Shown: positions 1 to 14,673 of the stretch, in pieces
Numbering within the stretch: the stretch's first letter is position 1
Layout of the letters: each line of letters starts with the position of its first letter
DNA from: Tubulanus polymorphus
Lineage: Eukaryota; Animalia; Nemertea
Assembly: GCF_964204645.1 (NCBI RefSeq)
Contig: NC_134036.1
Span: 8,357,830 to 8,421,829 of the forward strand
Reading direction: 5' to 3'
Length of the DNA stretch: 64,000 nucleotides
Notes under the pieces: generated by a model
Seen by the model: the letters and a program-made list of their open reading frames with translations, nothing else
The model's database searches: none
What the model was told of the DNA's origin: nothing
Position numbers and translations under genes: made by a program

Positions 1-1959
1 AGCTATTCAAGTAAGTTTAATCGATCGCCATTCCCATAACAATACAAGCATGAAAGCCCTGCTCGCAAGTAGAACAATATCTGTAAATAATTTTTATGAC
101 TTTTTAGTGTATTATTTATTGAAAAATCTTGTTATTTCAGATTTACCGCCTCGTATCGGAGACGATATTTTTGAAAAAAATCCGCACTGGCATTTACGGA
201 CAATTGGACTACGCTTATTCGAATTAGTTGCATAAAGTGCCGAACTAGTGTCGTACGTTGGATATCGTGATTTGAACAATTCACGAACATCTCTAGAGCA
301 ATACTAAGAATAAGCTTCGCACACTCATCGTGACCTTTTAGGAAATCGATATTTTTTGGTATCGAAGAAGGGGTTGCGGTTAAAAGTGTTTCATTGCTTT
401 CATCTGCCAACTGCATGTCACTTTTCGCTGATTTTCTCCTAGAGCCTGTTAGATTGATTGAAAGAACATTCAACTCATTAGATAAAAACTTAAGGTACAA
501 CCCAGTAATTATTGTAAATAAAATTTATATGGTGCAGCTTGCACGAGCGTACTTTAAAAACTGTTAATGCAACTAACATTTTGTAATATTACAATTTAAA
601 ACATAAAGGTATCAGCATTTTTTGCTTTTAATTAATTATATATAAGGTAATACATGTATTTAGTTTGACGCAATTTGTCTATTGTGAAACAATGATTTCA
701 ATAAATTCTATGTCTACCACTTGCTGAAAATGGAATAGTTTTAAATTTGTTGGTATGTTGCATGCAGAGGAAATTAAATGATTAATTAGGCAAAAGAAAA
801 ATTAACCAGTCTGTCATCAGATAGAAATTGTTAGTGATAATTCGATATTTCACCATGTCAAATGCTACCACTTTTGGAACACTATTTTGACTAACAATTG
901 TCCTGTAACAAACTTCAATTTCACTCAAGGACAGACTCAAGTTAGTTTGAAAATGAACTTTGAAATAGTCAAGAAACTCACCTTTATAATACAGCTGTCA
1001 GAACCACACGTCTTTTACAAAAACTTTATCCTGAGACTCATTTCCTTTCACTTATTGTAAATAATTCATACACAGGGTACCATTAATATACGATATGTTA
1101 GAGGAATATTTCGATCCAGATACATTCTTTATGAATAAAATTACCATCCTGCTATAAATTTGATCCAAGAACCCCAAGTAACCTTTCTTGAATTAGATGG
1201 CTAAGAAAGACAAACACAGTCATATATAATTTTTGAAAGGTTTTTATTGAAACAACAATATGAATTGAAAATGATGGATGTATAAAAGAAAAAAACAGTC
1301 AACATATGTAAAATTAGAGAATTGATCAACTTGAATTTTTATCAACTAGTCACAAACATTCAATGGAACATTGTCAAAATAAACTTCACAGCAATTAACA
1401 AAATTGATCGGTAAATTGACTGTCTGCTATAACGAGCAGTATTCCTTTTATTGCGAATTATATTTTTCACAATCTATTATACACCGGAGTTTGTTAGAAC
1501 AACAGTTCCATTGAATTTACAATCTTTCAAATACAATTGACTTGATTTTTTGGCATTATTTCACAAGGTTACCACCAATTACGGAATTAAGAAATCATTG
1601 CCAATCTTTGCCATTTCATTTTTAATTATCAGAGCAACTTTCCAAAATCATAATCAGGGTAGAGTCATAATGTAATGAACAATAGAAAAAAATATCAACA
1701 TCTAATACAAAATGCTGCAGAATCACTTACTATGAAGCTTAGCCATTTTTTCTTTAAATGATATTTTTTTCCTCGCTGTACCATAGTAGATCTTTCTTGC
1801 AGAACCCAACATGCTGGTAACCTTCCCAGCTACCCTGCTACCCCAGGGCTCGCGGTCTACTGCTTTCTGACCTACAAAAATCAATTACACAATATATCAA
1901 TGTATGTTCTAACTATAGGCCTAAAAATTTCTTTAAATCCATTGACTTACCTCTGTGTT

Positions 1960-2420
1960 CAACAATTACTGAATACCTTCAATGATTACGACTAGGTTTG
2001 ACGATTACAACTTCGTTCAACGATTACAACTTCGTTGAACGATTACGACTCGTTTAACGACTACGACTCTGTTCATCGATTACGACTCCGTTCAGCAACT
2101 ACGCTTCCGTTAAACGATTACGACTCCATTCAGCGACTACGACTCTGTTCAACGATTACGCTTCCATTCAGCGACTACGACTCCATTTAACGATTGCGAC
2201 TCCGTTAAACGATTACGACTCCATTCAGCGACTACGACTCCGTTCAACGATTACGCTTCCATTCAGCGACTACGACTCCATTTAACGATTGCGACTCCGT
2301 TAAACGATTACGACTCCATTCAGCGACTACGACTCCGTTCAACGATTACGCTTCCATTCAGCGACTACGACTCCGTTCAACGATTACTGAATCCCTTCAT
2401 CGATTACGACTCTGCTCAAT
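1960..2420 (+). repeat. 19-bp minisatellite (consensus ~CGATTACGACTCCGTTCAA) with a 95-bp (5x19) higher-order repeat
   Basis: Tandem units are directly visible. The variant GTTAAACG recurs at ~2109, ~2204 and ~2299 (period 95). There are no unique spacers, so it is not CRISPR. Confidence 0.9.
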
Positions 2421-3519
2421 CCTTTATGACGAACCCGACTATGTTGAAAAACAAATCTATTCCGACTATGACAAATACATCTACAATTACAAAAAAAGTA
2501 CCAATAGTTATTACCATTTGGAGGCCCGAGAGACCTCAAATGCAAAGGACCTAGGCCTATACATTAATCAAACTACATGTATTTGATTCGGTAATTTTAC
2601 AAGGTCGAAAAGCCGTAAAAGGCTTATACTATATGAAATAGACAGACTTGATAAGCGCCAAGGAACGAGAAACTATAGTAGACGATAGAGGCCTATCACT
2701 CGCCCACCTAGACTGCAACAATTTCTAGTTTAGGCCTATATAAGTGTCATTTTTGCTGTCTATGAGAATGGGTTGTTTTGAAGTTGAAGACATATCACTA
2801 TTAACACATAAAAGCTCCTGCGTTAAACATAACTCTGTCGAATAAAATTTAATTTTGCTTGATTTTGAATACCATCTTAATTTTCACTTCTTTTTTAACA
2901 AGGACACAATTTCGCTTGAATAGAATGAAATCTAATTGATCTCAATCAACTGTTTAAAAAACTTAACAGTAGAAATAAGCAGTTTAGTGACTATGTGCAA
3001 TGTAAAAAGACGAAACGTAATACGATTATTATGGGCGCCAAAAAAATTTTTAATAATTGTGCAAATTTACAGACGAGTGTCACTTTTTTGACATTATACA
3101 ATGACAGAGACCCATAAAAGTACATAGTTATAGAAACTACATACTAATATCTAGTTCGTCACATTTTGTTTTTTTAAGTTAGGCCTGTTGTATGGATAGA
3201 AATCGCACATTTGTAGCGGAAAATGTCGAAAATTTTATTTCCGGGTTACGAAATTCAGGATTGACAAAAAACGAGAATGTTAATAGAAATTCCGAAAATT
3301 CTACGAACTAGTGGCGGATGTTTACTAAAAATCTAATCATATTAGGTTCGAATCCCACATTTACTGACGATGTATTCGGAGCACTCCCGAGTCACTCCAA
3401 GTCTATATCTCACAGCATTAGCACAAAATGGCGCGAAGCTCAGTGCGCGATATCGATTAATACGATCAATAATTAAAGTTGGCGAGATTCGTATTGTCTG
3501 TACGTACGTGTTCTGTTAT

Positions 3520-3762
3520 AACATTTCTAGCAATATTCTCACCATTAACACCTTTAGCTATCTCAATTGGTGTGTTAGGATTAAGTTCAAGTGTTTTAAG
3601 CGGAAAAACGTCAAAATTTAATATAAAAAGAAATAAAGAAAAAATAAAATTTAATTTAAAAGAAATTAATGAATTAAAAAATACACTAGATTATATTATA
3701 AGTTTAAATGGTAATATAACAATTGAAGAGCTGGATAAATTATTAAAAGAATTAATAAATTA
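3520..3762 (+). pseudogene. 3' part of a small hydrophobic Maverick protein
   Basis: FLAIFSPLTPLAISIGVLGLSSSVLSGK...LDYIISLNGNITIEELDKLLKELIN. The 5' end is lost at a compositional junction near 3520. The ORF track fuses it to the next gene. Confidence 0.4.
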
Positions 3763-3781
3763 TTATTTTTGTATTATAAAA

Positions 3782-5130
3782 ATGGCAATTAGTTTTCCAA
3801 AAGCTTTTAAACATAATAAATCAATTAAATATAATATTCCAGCAATAGATTTTGATAAAGATATTTCATATAGGAATGAAGTTTTAAATTCATTAATTAA
3901 TTTAGATATTTATGTTACTGAAACTAATAATTTTAATGCAAAGATGGAAAATATATTTCATGTATATTTAATTAATTTTAAAAAATTGAAAGTTGAAAAA
4001 CAATGGTTATTAAAATCTAATATGAAGTATTTGCAGAACCAATTAAATTTTGCAGTTTATTGTGCAACAACAGGATTTGGAATAAGTTGGAATAATCATT
4101 TGAATAATTCTAAATATGAATTAATTCAAAGTTTATTTATATTCCATACTTATTTTTAAATAAGATTAATATTAAATGAATTAGAGACTCCTTTGCCAGG
4201 ATCTAGATATTTTAAAGAATTAGATAATAATATTAATTTATCAAAGTTTTATAAAATTTGTAATGAATTTAATATAGATATAAATCATTCTGATTGTAGG
4301 ACAAAAATTGGAACAATAAGATCACTTCCTTGCCCTAAAAACTTTGCAGCATATTGTACGCTTCCCATACCATCTAATAGTTTTTATAATATCTATAATA
4401 ATATATGAGGTAATGGTAAAATAGAAACAAAGGATGTAGAAACATTAAATTTCAATAAATTACCGAAATGCTATGATAATTTAAAACAAGAAAACTATAA
4501 TGGTTGGGTTAATTTCATTTTAGAAAATAGTGAAGGATTTACAAAATCAGGTATACAAAGAATAAATCAATCTATTAGAATATATTTAATTTGTATATTA
4601 GGTGCACGCGTTGAAACAAGATCACCAATAGTTGGAAATAATAATACATCATTTGATACACAAAAACAATTTAAAGTATTATTTGAAGATTCAATTCATA
4701 ATGATAAAAATAGATCGATTCCAGAAAATATTATAAGATATCAAAATTATTTAGATAAATCACATGTAAGATTAAATTATTGTATAGGCCCTAATCTTTT
4801 AATCATTTCCGATGATTTAATATTAAAGATGGGGAATATAATTGGTTATGATAATTTAATTAAGACTGCAACAATAAATAATGCATTTGGGTTAAATGAC
4901 ATAAATAAAAAGATTATTACTGCTCCAAAACTAATGGAAGGTGAAAAATTAAAAAACATATTCAATCAACTGAAACTAAAACTAAGAATATCAAATTAAA
5001 TAATGATACTAAAATAAAAGATTAAAATACATCAGAAAATATAAAAACTGATATTATTCAACATGATATAATTAAAACTAATAATGATAATAAATCCCAT
5101 GAAAATACTAAATTAGCTATAACTAAAGAA
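3782..5130 (+). pseudogene. Conserved uncharacterised Maverick/adintovirus-like protein (QLNFAVxCAT family)
   Basis: ATG at 3782. Motifs QNQLNFAVYCATTGFGIS, FHTYF*IRLILNEL, GFTKSGIQRINQSIRIYLICILGA and IGYDNLI resemble a protein I recognise from invertebrate Mavericks. In-frame stop at 4157 plus a frameshift. Confidence 0.6.
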
Positions 5131-5165
5131 TATTATATTTTAAATTTTAATTTTTTATTAAATAA

Positions 5166-6764
5166 ATGGAAGAAGATATTCCAACGGATGCTTCTGGTGA
5201 CACCCCCGGTATAAGTGATGAACAACAACCTGAATTTAATGAAACTAATATTGATAATGATGATGGAGCAGCGTATAATTCTAATTTAGGTGATGGTGAT
5301 GATGCATATTCTACCTAATTACATGAACAATTAGAAAGATACAAAGCGGCTGAAGCAAGTGGTAGAATTTCAACTAGATCAGAAAGAAAAGATTTAATGA
5401 ATCAATTACGATTACAACAGGAAGAATTTCCTGATTTACAAAAAGAATTATATTTAATGAAAACTAAACTAACAGATACAGTTGTAAACAAATTATTACC
5501 AAGAGATGTAATAGATAAAGTTGATTCAGAAGATATTGTCATACAAATTTTAAAAGATGACCAATTTTTCACGAATAATTCAGAATTTAAAAATGATGCG
5601 TGGTATTATAATCTTGAATTAAATAGGAAAACTAATTCAAATTTAGAATTTAGCAGAATTATATGGAATGCACTCGATAGAATAAATGAAGAAGAACCAA
5701 TTCCGAATATTGATATTAACAAATATTCGCCATTTAAAAATCCTAATTTTAGTCCTACTTATGTTGATCCAGAAATGGAAGAGTATGGAGATCGATTAGT
5801 TAAATTAAGAACTTCAACACTAGAAACATCGAGAAGAGATATTCATCAAAGTGAGAATGATTCAAGTCAATTACAATTAGGAAAACATTTAGATAACTTT
5901 CTGGGTACAATGAATTCATTTGAAGAAGATATGATTAGTATTTAAGATACACCTGGTACTGAAACTGGAACAAATCGAATGCAACTTTTATTAGATAAAG
6001 AATTACTTGATTTAAATGAAGAACAATTAAAATTGTTTCCTGAACAAGCACGTAAAGAAATTAAAGGCATGCAAGATTCAGCTGGTGAAATTGCTAATAT
6101 TAAGATGAGATTTTCTCAAATAACCATGTTTGAAAAAGAATTAACTGATGCAAATGAAGAGTTATAACAATTAGAATTAAATAAAGATCTTCAAGTAATT
6201 GATGAAGTAGAATATGAAAGCAGAAAGTTAGCTTTAGAAAAAGAAATTGATGATTTAAAATGTTACAACGAATTGCAGGAAAAAGAAAGAGATATATTAT
6301 TGAAATCATATGATCTTAACCATATTAAAAAATTGAAAATTTTTTTTTAAAGATTTAATAATAAAACCAGATACTAAAATATCAATGAAAGATAGAATAA
6401 GATTATTATTTAAGTTAGAAGGTATAACAAATCTTTTAATTCTAACAGCTGTAACTATGGTATTTACAAAAATAGGTTTAGCTATTTCGAATTCATTAAA
6501 ATCCACACCAACTCCCAATAAACCGGATAAACCACCGAGTAATAATTCTATACAAGATAAAGTGAAAGATGGATTTAAAAAATTAGCAAACTATCTAAAA
6601 AATCTGCTGCAGCTTTACCCGGAATTATAGCATCGATTGTTGGTTTTATATTGAAATCTACTGGAAGTATTCTTAACTTTGCTGCTGAACATATTATTTG
6701 ATTTTTAATTACAGTTGTAAGTGCAATTATTTTTGGATTAGTGAATATGATAAAAAATAGATAA
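5166..6764 (+). pseudogene. Coiled-coil protein with C-terminal amphipathic/transmembrane helices (Maverick-associated)
   Basis: ATG 5166 is in frame with track ORFs 5397 and 5979. The C-terminus KDRIRLLFKLEGIT...GFKKLANYL/KSAAALPGIIASIVGFILKSTGSILNFAAEHIIWFLITVV is broken by stops and frameshifts. Confidence 0.6.
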
Positions 6765-6784
6765 TTAATTTTTTTGTTAAATAA

Positions 6785-8005
6785 ATGAGTGGGAGTTATA
6801 TAAATTCTTCTAAGAATTCTAAAATATCTAATGCTGTTAAAGCAGAAAGATCTCATCATATAATTAGCCATAATCCTTCTAATATTAATCCCGATGAAAC
6901 TTTATATGTTAGAATCCCTCGATTGACACAAAATACTTTTTATGTTCCAAATAGTATTAATTTATCAGCTGATATAAAAGTAACTGGTCATGATAACAAT
7001 TATGGTGTTGATAATGTTGGAAGATATTTGATTAAAAAATTAACTATAAAGATCGGACCAGAAACAGTTTTTTCATTAGATGATTATAATTTATTTATGC
7101 ATTACAAAGATTTATGGTTAACAGAAGAAAATAGAAATAATATGATATTTCAAGGCATCCAATCAGAAAACCAAAATAAATTAACATCAGGAGCTAATGA
7201 TGCAAAAATAACTCGTACCGCAGATAATTTGATTAAAAAGATTTATGGAAGCAAATATAAAATTCCATTAGACTTTGAATTGATAAATAATAATGCGCCT
7301 TTATATAAATATCCAATTCAAGAAGATATTATATTTGAAATAACATTTGCTCCTGTCAATGAAATTGTATTATCTAGCGTTGTTAAAGATTTGGGTTATA
7401 AATTATCGATTGTATGTTTAGAATATGACACAGTAACTGATGAAAATATTGCTAGCACAATTCAAACTCAATATGATCAGGGATTTTCATTATTATATGA
7501 TTATATGATTGTATTGATAAATTCAAAACTGTAACTATTTATGCAAGTGATGAAATAATAATGAGAATATTTACTTCCCAAGAAGATCTGTTAAAGGAAT
7601 ATTGATATTTTTTACAATTGCTTCATATTCTAACGGTGAAATACAGGTTGATAAGTATTATAATCCTGAAATAACAAAAGTAGAAAAAACAATTGAAGGT
7701 ATAGCAAGTAAAATATTTTGCCAAGGAATGAGAATGATTGATGAATGGCCAGAAATTAAAAAGCATTTTATGAATGAAAAAAATAAATCTTAAAATTGTA
7801 ATATTAATCAAATTGATTATTATACCGGTAACAAATATGCACTTTGGTTAGATTTTAGAACAACATAGGATAATTCATTACATGGTTGTGGGAAAAATTA
7901 CAGAACATTAAAGATGGAATACAATTATTCATGACAAAGAAAAAAGGAAGCTTAAATTTCAAAATGCACATTGTAAATTCTCAATTGAATAGTGTCATGT
8001 ATTAA
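6785..8005 (+). pseudogene. Major capsid protein (double jelly-roll, hexon-like) of the Maverick
   Basis: N-terminal VKAERSHHIISHNPSNINPDETLYVRIP and DNVGRYLIKKL..YKDLWL. After a frameshift near 7510 it continues FPRRSVKGIL, YYNPEITKVEKTIEG and NKYALWLDFRT..LHGCG..KDGIQL. The fold is assigned by family recognition, not computed. Confidence 0.7.
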
Positions 8006-8109
8006 AATTTTAGTTTTAATAAAAAAATTCTATAATAAATCGAAGGAGGAATATATGATATACAAAGTCCAAGTCAAATGATACCAGATATATATTCAAA
8101 TATAGAATA

Positions 8110-9072
8110 AGTAAAATAGAAGATAACATTGAAAGTAAAATAGAAGATAATATTGAACGTAAAATAGAAGATAATATTGAAACAAAAACAGAAGATAATG
8201 TCATACCTTCTACATCGAATAATGGTAAGATTGAACCTGATAACAAAACCAAAAAGACAAATGAAAAATTTTGTGACGTATGTAAGAAATATATAGCATA
8301 TGAAAATTGGGCATCACATAAGAAATCAAAGAAACATGCAGAAAAAGAAAAGAATAATAATATCATAGATAATGTTAATACAATTGAAACTAATGATACC
8401 ATAGATAATATAACAGATAATGTTGATACAATCGAAACTAATGATAATGAAACAATTGATGATTCTAAAAAACATCGTAATTTTTGTAATTTAGATATTT
8501 CTAAAAGTAATTTTTCTAAACTATAAAAATCTCAGGCGCATATAGAAAATGAAAGGGAGTTAGAAGAACATGAAAAGAAATTAGAAGAAATAGAAAGAAA
8601 TAAATCGTGTCAATATTGTAATAAGAAAATTGAACCTGTTGATAAAAATACTCATTATAAATCAAAAATACATCTGGTTAATGTTTTTAAAAATGTGAGT
8701 ATGATACCATTGTTAAATAACCCAATGAAATATATCAAATATTTTGATCCTAAAACTAAACAATAGTATATATTCTATAAGTTGTTATTTGATAAATCAT
8801 TAGCTTATGCAGAAAATAATCCTAAACAAATATATAAATTATTGTATTCGAGAAAAATAGATTTAAGTTATCTAACAAACAATTTTGGATATCATTTTGA
8901 TTTTAATGATTATGATGAATACCTTGAAAAATTAAGAGAAGAAGGTAAGATACATACTAATTATCATAATCTGATGGTTCAACTAAAACTAATTAATATA
9001 TCTACAGATATCAGTGTATTAGATATAAACAAAGATGACTTTATAAATTTATTAGAAGCAAAATTAGAATAA
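8110..9072 (+). pseudogene. Zinc-finger (C2H2/U1-like) protein with N-terminal KIEDNIE repeats
   Basis: + strand translation gives CDVCKKYIAYENWASHKKSKKH and CQYCNKKIEPVDKNTHYKSKIH. It has internal stops. Track ORF 8016-8402(-) is its antisense shadow. Confidence 0.55.
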
Positions 9073-9097
9073 TTATTGTGAAACTATTTGTGATATT

Positions 9098-9163
9098 TAT
9101 GTACTAGACGTACGAGTAAGAATCCAAGAATTCTTACTTTCTTCCTCGTACGTCTAGTACATA
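9098..9163. repeat. Perfect 19-bp-stem palindrome with a nested inner stem; related copies at 12489-12532 and ~12805-12885
   Basis: TATGTACTAGACGTACGAG (9098-9116) pairs with CTCGTACGTCTAGTACATA (9145-9163). Inner stem AGTAAGAAT/ATTCTTACT. Confidence 0.9.
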
Positions 9164-11995
9164 CATATATAAATTAGCTTTTATAAAAATTGAAATATAA
9201 ATTATTAATTGAAGTATCGAAATAGTTATATTATAATCTATTTTTGTTTTTATTAGGAGATAACATATAATTTATTCATTTTAGGCCAGCCGTAGGCTAA
9301 GCCTATTACTATACAAATGGAGCGAATTTAAATGACATGGTGTCCACACAAAAGGCTCTTTTGCTTGCCAAGTGGAGGCATATTCGAACAAATCACGTAT
9401 TTAAGCGTAATCCATTCTCGGAATCGTAGCGAGCAGAATTTTGAAATAGGGTTTCATAAAAACGTTTTCTGCATTATTCACAAAAGTTAAATCGGGAAAA
9501 TTTCAATTTTTATCAGCCAATCAGGAAGTTGTGTCTTCCCTGTGATTGGTTTATCTGAAAATATCAGCAGCTGTTCACGTGAATTATCGCGATTTCATTA
9601 CTGGCGCTTTTGCGCATGGCGTCATGTATCAACTCGCGACAATACTTCCGCGTTCGTGTTCGCTGTTCCGTGTTCGCTGAAATCAGGCTTATGTACTGGG
9701 AAATTCCACAGAAGCCTAATGTGGTGTGTTACAAGCGCTGTGATTGGCCCAACCCGATTCTGGCACGGCTTTAGCTCAGTGGGTTCGAATCCCTTGACGG
9801 GTGAAGATGATTGGATCCTATCAATATCTATTGAAACAAATAAGTTTCCCGGTTGGGCAGACGCCGATATCTACCGGTAGTGTTCCGGTTCGATATTTCG
9901 AGGTTTCTTTGAATTTTGGAGTGATATTGAAATCCGGTAAATACCGGCGGTAGATTGTGAAAACCCATGATATTCGTATTACTTAATCAATGAAAAGCGT
10001 CGGGGCCGCGCCAGGAGTTTTCGCGATTCAAGTAGCGCAATAGCCTACTTCTTCGTGTTTGTCCACCTCAATTTTCACTCCACCGATTTCTGACAAGGCT
10101 CTGTCGCCGTCGGCACTGTGATTGCACTTTCGTACCACCAAAATTTTTTTAGTTCTATATCAGGGAGGTTTGGAGAATAAAAAAGTCAAAATACGGATAT
10201 CACATAGGCCTGATTTCATCGAATAAGTCGACCACCTTTCCGTACTAATTACCACCTAAAACCGTCTGAACAATTTTGTCACAAATAACATTTTGTTTAC
10301 AGATATCAGGTGTTCACGTGAACCCGCGGTATCGTCTGCTGTTTTACTTCCGGGTTTTATTTTAGTTTAAAATTGTATTTCTAGATCGATTTCTATGAAA
10401 TCTTTAGTTGATTTGGTGTTTGGGAGGAATTTTTATTTGCTCTACAGAAAATTCAGAAAAAATAGGTTCTACCAAATCGGGTGTATGACTTTGATATGCT
10501 AATTAGCCATGTGTTCGAATTGCAAATTCAATCAAATCTTATTCTGCCAAAAAATGTTAAATCCAATTCGCTTTCCGAGAGCTAATGGTATGCTGCATGG
10601 AACAAAGTTGTTTTGAGATGGGTCTTGAAGCTATTGAGGTGAGAGATTACCATCTAGATAGTTCGTGAGAGTTCCAAAGTTTTGAAGACGCTTCAAGGTA
10701 ATGTCTTGATATTTGGTTTATACGTGTATCTACCCTAGACACATCTTCAGGCCAAAAACTGGCCCTGTCAGATTCAAGATGGCCGACTGGCCATTGTTGT
10801 TCGCCAAAATCAGCACTTTTTACACATTTTTGAAGTTTTCGAGGGAAATTTTGAAGACACTTTTATCAATAACCTTGATCATTCGTATATATTTGTATCC
10901 CCCAAGGGTTCATCGGAACGAGAAAATTGGGTCGACCGGACTCAAGATGGCCGTCCTGTGACCTTTTTTTGTTCCCAAAAATGTCAATTTTGGCCTGAAT
11001 TCTGAGTCCTGTAGCTTCCTAATGGTGTGCCATTTTTCTTTGCAATTTGTAATGGGTATTCTTTGGAAAGGGATCTTTCATATCCGAGAGGGTATTTTTG
11101 ACCAGGCATGTGGAGACCACGAATCGATAATGTATTATACCTATAGAATACCTATAGACCTACGTATTATTATCCAAGTCCTTACAGCACTTCGATGACC
11201 GCATTGTACTTGTCACGTGATTTCAGTAACAACGGAAGCTTTTTCCCTTGCCTCGTTCATTTTACGTGCAAGTCGCGGTAGGAGCTGTTTGGTAAATTTT
11301 GTAATCCCGGAATCATAACGTGTCGTAAGTTTTACCTTTAATTTATTATTATTCTGTGGTCTTCACATTCCGTTAATACGCATTTCCAGTAAGATTCACA
11401 GCTAATTTCAGTTGTTGAATATCATTAGTCATTGAATATTTTCGTCATTTTTGCCGGGTTAAGTAATATACTTTTGCCGGCTAATTCCGTCGTATTTGTA
11501 TGCGTTCTGGATTAAATGCGTTTCCAGCGGTGTGTACAAATCGTTCGTTCATACTAAACATTTTCAATTGAATGTCCATATTCTGGCCAGTGATATGTAA
11601 CTCGGCCGTTATTTATTCATATTTATCAGCTAGCCTACCACTGATATCGGTTTCGGAGAATTTCCATTTCCGGTTAAGTTTTTTCGTAGGCCATTTCGGA
11701 GCATTTTAGCTCCAACTTATTACTGTATTTGGTATTTACAGAAACCGTGAAGTGAATTATTGTGAATATTGTCGTCTGGTCGTCTCCAGTCGTGGAGAAC
11801 TGAATCGAACTCCGCAATAAAAGTGTATTGAAACTGAAATAAATATATATATGTACCAAGAAAGAACTTGTCACTCGCGTCATCGGGATATCAGCCGTTA
11901 CAAGGCAATTATGACGCAATTGGCGGTCATCTTGGGGTCATCAGTACTCATTCGTAGGTGGAAAAAACGTTTTTCCACATCATATTGATACTTAA

Positions 11996-12430
11996 GCATA
12001 TTTTGCTACCATAATCAATTGGAAAGTTGTAGCTCATGACATGGTCTATGATCTTGGTGAGTTTCAAGCTCATTGGTTTTTGTATATGGCCACCAGGGGC
12101 GTTGAACAATACAATAACGTAGAGTCTCTATATTACATTCGTACCTATGCATATTTTGCTACCACAATCAATTGCAAAGTTGTAGCTCATGACATGGTCT
12201 ATGATCTTGGGGAGTTTCAAGCTCATTGTTTTTTGTATATGGCCACCAGTGGCGTTGAACAATACAATAACTTAGTATTTTTATATTACATTCGTTCCTG
12301 CTGTCTGTGTTAACACACGATTTTACTATGTAAATGATATTGAGCAGGGAGTGTATATTGATAAATATAACCCATCATTTATAAAAAGTAAATCTGACAG
12401 GCTGGCCATTGTGCCCCTTGGGGCTCTTGT
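11996..12430 (+). mobile_element. Non-autonomous element with a 2 x 153-bp internal tandem repeat (Helentron/pearl-like MITE, tentative)
   Basis: Near-identical units start at 11996 and 12149. The element ends in a short hairpin GCCCCTTGGGGC followed by TCTTGTT. Confidence 0.5.
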
Positions 12431-12575
12431 TATATATTTCATTTAATAATTTAAATTTGTAATTATTATAAACTGTTTCTATATCGTCTACTAGACGTAC
12501 GTAAGAATCTTGGTAAGAACGTACGTCTAGTACATAGATATATAAATAGTTTCAGAATAATTATTCTAAATTTAC

Positions 12576-12690
<115 letters not shown>

Positions 12691-13042
12691 ACCCCTGTGT
12701 AAACATAAATTATAAGCATAGTTTTAATATATAATTTATTCATTATAATATATTTCATTTAATAATTCATATTTATCATTTTTATAAAATAAGGTTTAAG
12801 GATCTATGTACGAGAGATACGAGAAAGAAACCAAGATTCTTACTTTCTTGGCAAGAATCTTGGTTTCTTACTCGTACGACTAGTACATACATATATAAAT
12901 AATATATTTTAAAAAGGGGGGTTTTAGGTATTAAGGTATCTAATACGTACCTAATACGTATCAAATACATAAATGCTTAAAATACCTTGTTTTATAAATT
13001 CGTATTCATAAGGAAATTGTAGTCTCAGAAGTAATTTTGAAC

Positions 13043-13579
13043 GTTTATTACTTTTTAATTTATTCATATATTCATCATGTAAGTCAGTAGGTATAATTTG
13101 ATTTTCTTCCAATGATTGTTGCATCGATTATTATTTTTATTGTAGAATAAAACTAGAAATCTAATGTTTTCTCTAAAGTCTTTAACAATTGAATTATATT
13201 TTTGATTTAAAACCCATGTTGTTATCCCAAAATGTCTCCCAGAGAAAGCTAAATAACATAACTCACTTTCTCTAATTTTTGAATGATGTAAATTAGCACA
13301 ATCATCTATGATAAATAATGTATTTGAACCTTTATAAATATCAATTGCTATTTGAATACAATTATCTAAATTTTCTTTTACTGCTTTAGGATGTAATATA
13401 ATAAACTTTTTTATCTTAACTATATCTCTATTATATGTTTTATTCAGTTCATAAGTGTGGCAGAATGATATTATATCATGAAAATGATTTTTATAAATAG
13501 TTTCTAACAAATCTAATATGAAATGTGTTTTACCGCACTTGGTTACTCCAGTAACTAAAATATTATGTGGTTCAAACAT
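13043..13579 (-). pseudogene. A32/FtsK-like genome packaging ATPase
   Basis: Walker A GVTKCGKT, Walker B LFIIDD, arginine motif SGRHFGITTWVLNQ, and DFREN. The C-terminus appears frameshifted. Confidence 0.85.
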
Positions 13580-13596
13580 AAATAAATCTTTATTAA

Positions 13597-14670
13597 TTTA
13601 TTCTTTTAATTTTGCTAGATGAAATCCATTCATTAAATTTATCATCATAACCTTTATATTTCACCAGAGAATACTTTTATCCTTAAAGAGTTTTTGTTTT
13701 TAATACTTTTTCTATTTGGTATTCTATTTCATCTGGATTTGGTATAAGTGATAATTCTTGTTCATAAAATATAACCTAATATTTCTTTTAAATCTTTTAA
13801 TTTATAAACAAAAGGTTTAGTTAATATTATCTTTTTGATTTTAAATATTTCTTCAGTTAAATTAGGAGTATAACCTTTATAAAATGTATTTTCTATATTT
13901 AGATATTCTAACATGTAGGCCTATCTTAAATTTAGGTTCTCCAAAATCATGTGTAACAAACGCCCCATATAAATTATTTAAACTATTTCTGAATTTTTTT
14001 CCTTTCTAGCATTTATTGGTTTCATATTTACAGAACTATGTTTAGAATTATTATAACCTTTCACTAAATCATCTAATACATCGATATATTTATATGTTTC
14101 ATTAGCAGTAAAATATTTCCACATACTAGTTTTCAATGTTTTATTAAACCTTTCTATAATAGATGATTTTTTATCTGAGTGTGTTGAAAAATATTCTACA
14201 TCGTTATCAGATAATAATTTTTAAAATGTTTATTATAAAATTCCATACATTCATCAAATTGTATCTTACCTGGAATAGCTTCTTTAAATATATTTTAAAA
14301 GCATTTGTTACTTCTATACCAGTTTTATTTTTGATTGGAATACTCCATGCGTATCTACTGAATATATCTATAACATTTAATATCCAGAAATATCCTTTGT
14401 TGTATTACTCTAATTTCTTCGTGTCTATTAAATCTGCTTGCCATTGTTGATCAATATATGAAACCATAACTTTTCTTGTTAAATAATTTTTATCCATTTT
14501 TTAATGGATTTGATATGTTGGTTGATTTTGTAACCATAATCTTAGTTCACTATATTTTGTATTTTCTTTATCAGATTTAATTTTATCCCATAATTCAGTA
14601 ACGCTAGAATATGATACTTCACTCTCTGGGTTATAATATAAATCTCTTAAATATTGTTGTTTTTCATCTT
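13597..14670 (-). pseudogene. Retroviral-like (rve) integrase with C-terminal chromodomain, Maverick type
   Basis: Not in the ORF track. Hand translation gives LRDLYYNP, WLQNQPTYQIH, IDQQWQADLID, LNVIDIFSRYAWSIPIKNKTG, IERFNKTLKT and LVKYKGYDDKFNEWI. Several stops and frameshifts. Confidence 0.85.
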
Positions 14671-14673
14671 ATT

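Noticed and set aside
132-500. 122-aa ORF on the - strand
   Set aside because: No recognisable motif and no ATG start. It could be an exon or a transposon fragment, but I cannot support a call.
1960-2420. CRISPR-like appearance of the 19-bp arrays (also 56884-57350)
   Set aside because: The units abut with no unique spacers, there are no cas genes, and the context is eukaryotic.
8016-8402. Hydrophobic 128-aa ORF on the - strand (similarly 6575-6871, 14163-14450, 14708-14944)
   Set aside because: Antisense shadows of the real genes on the opposite strand.
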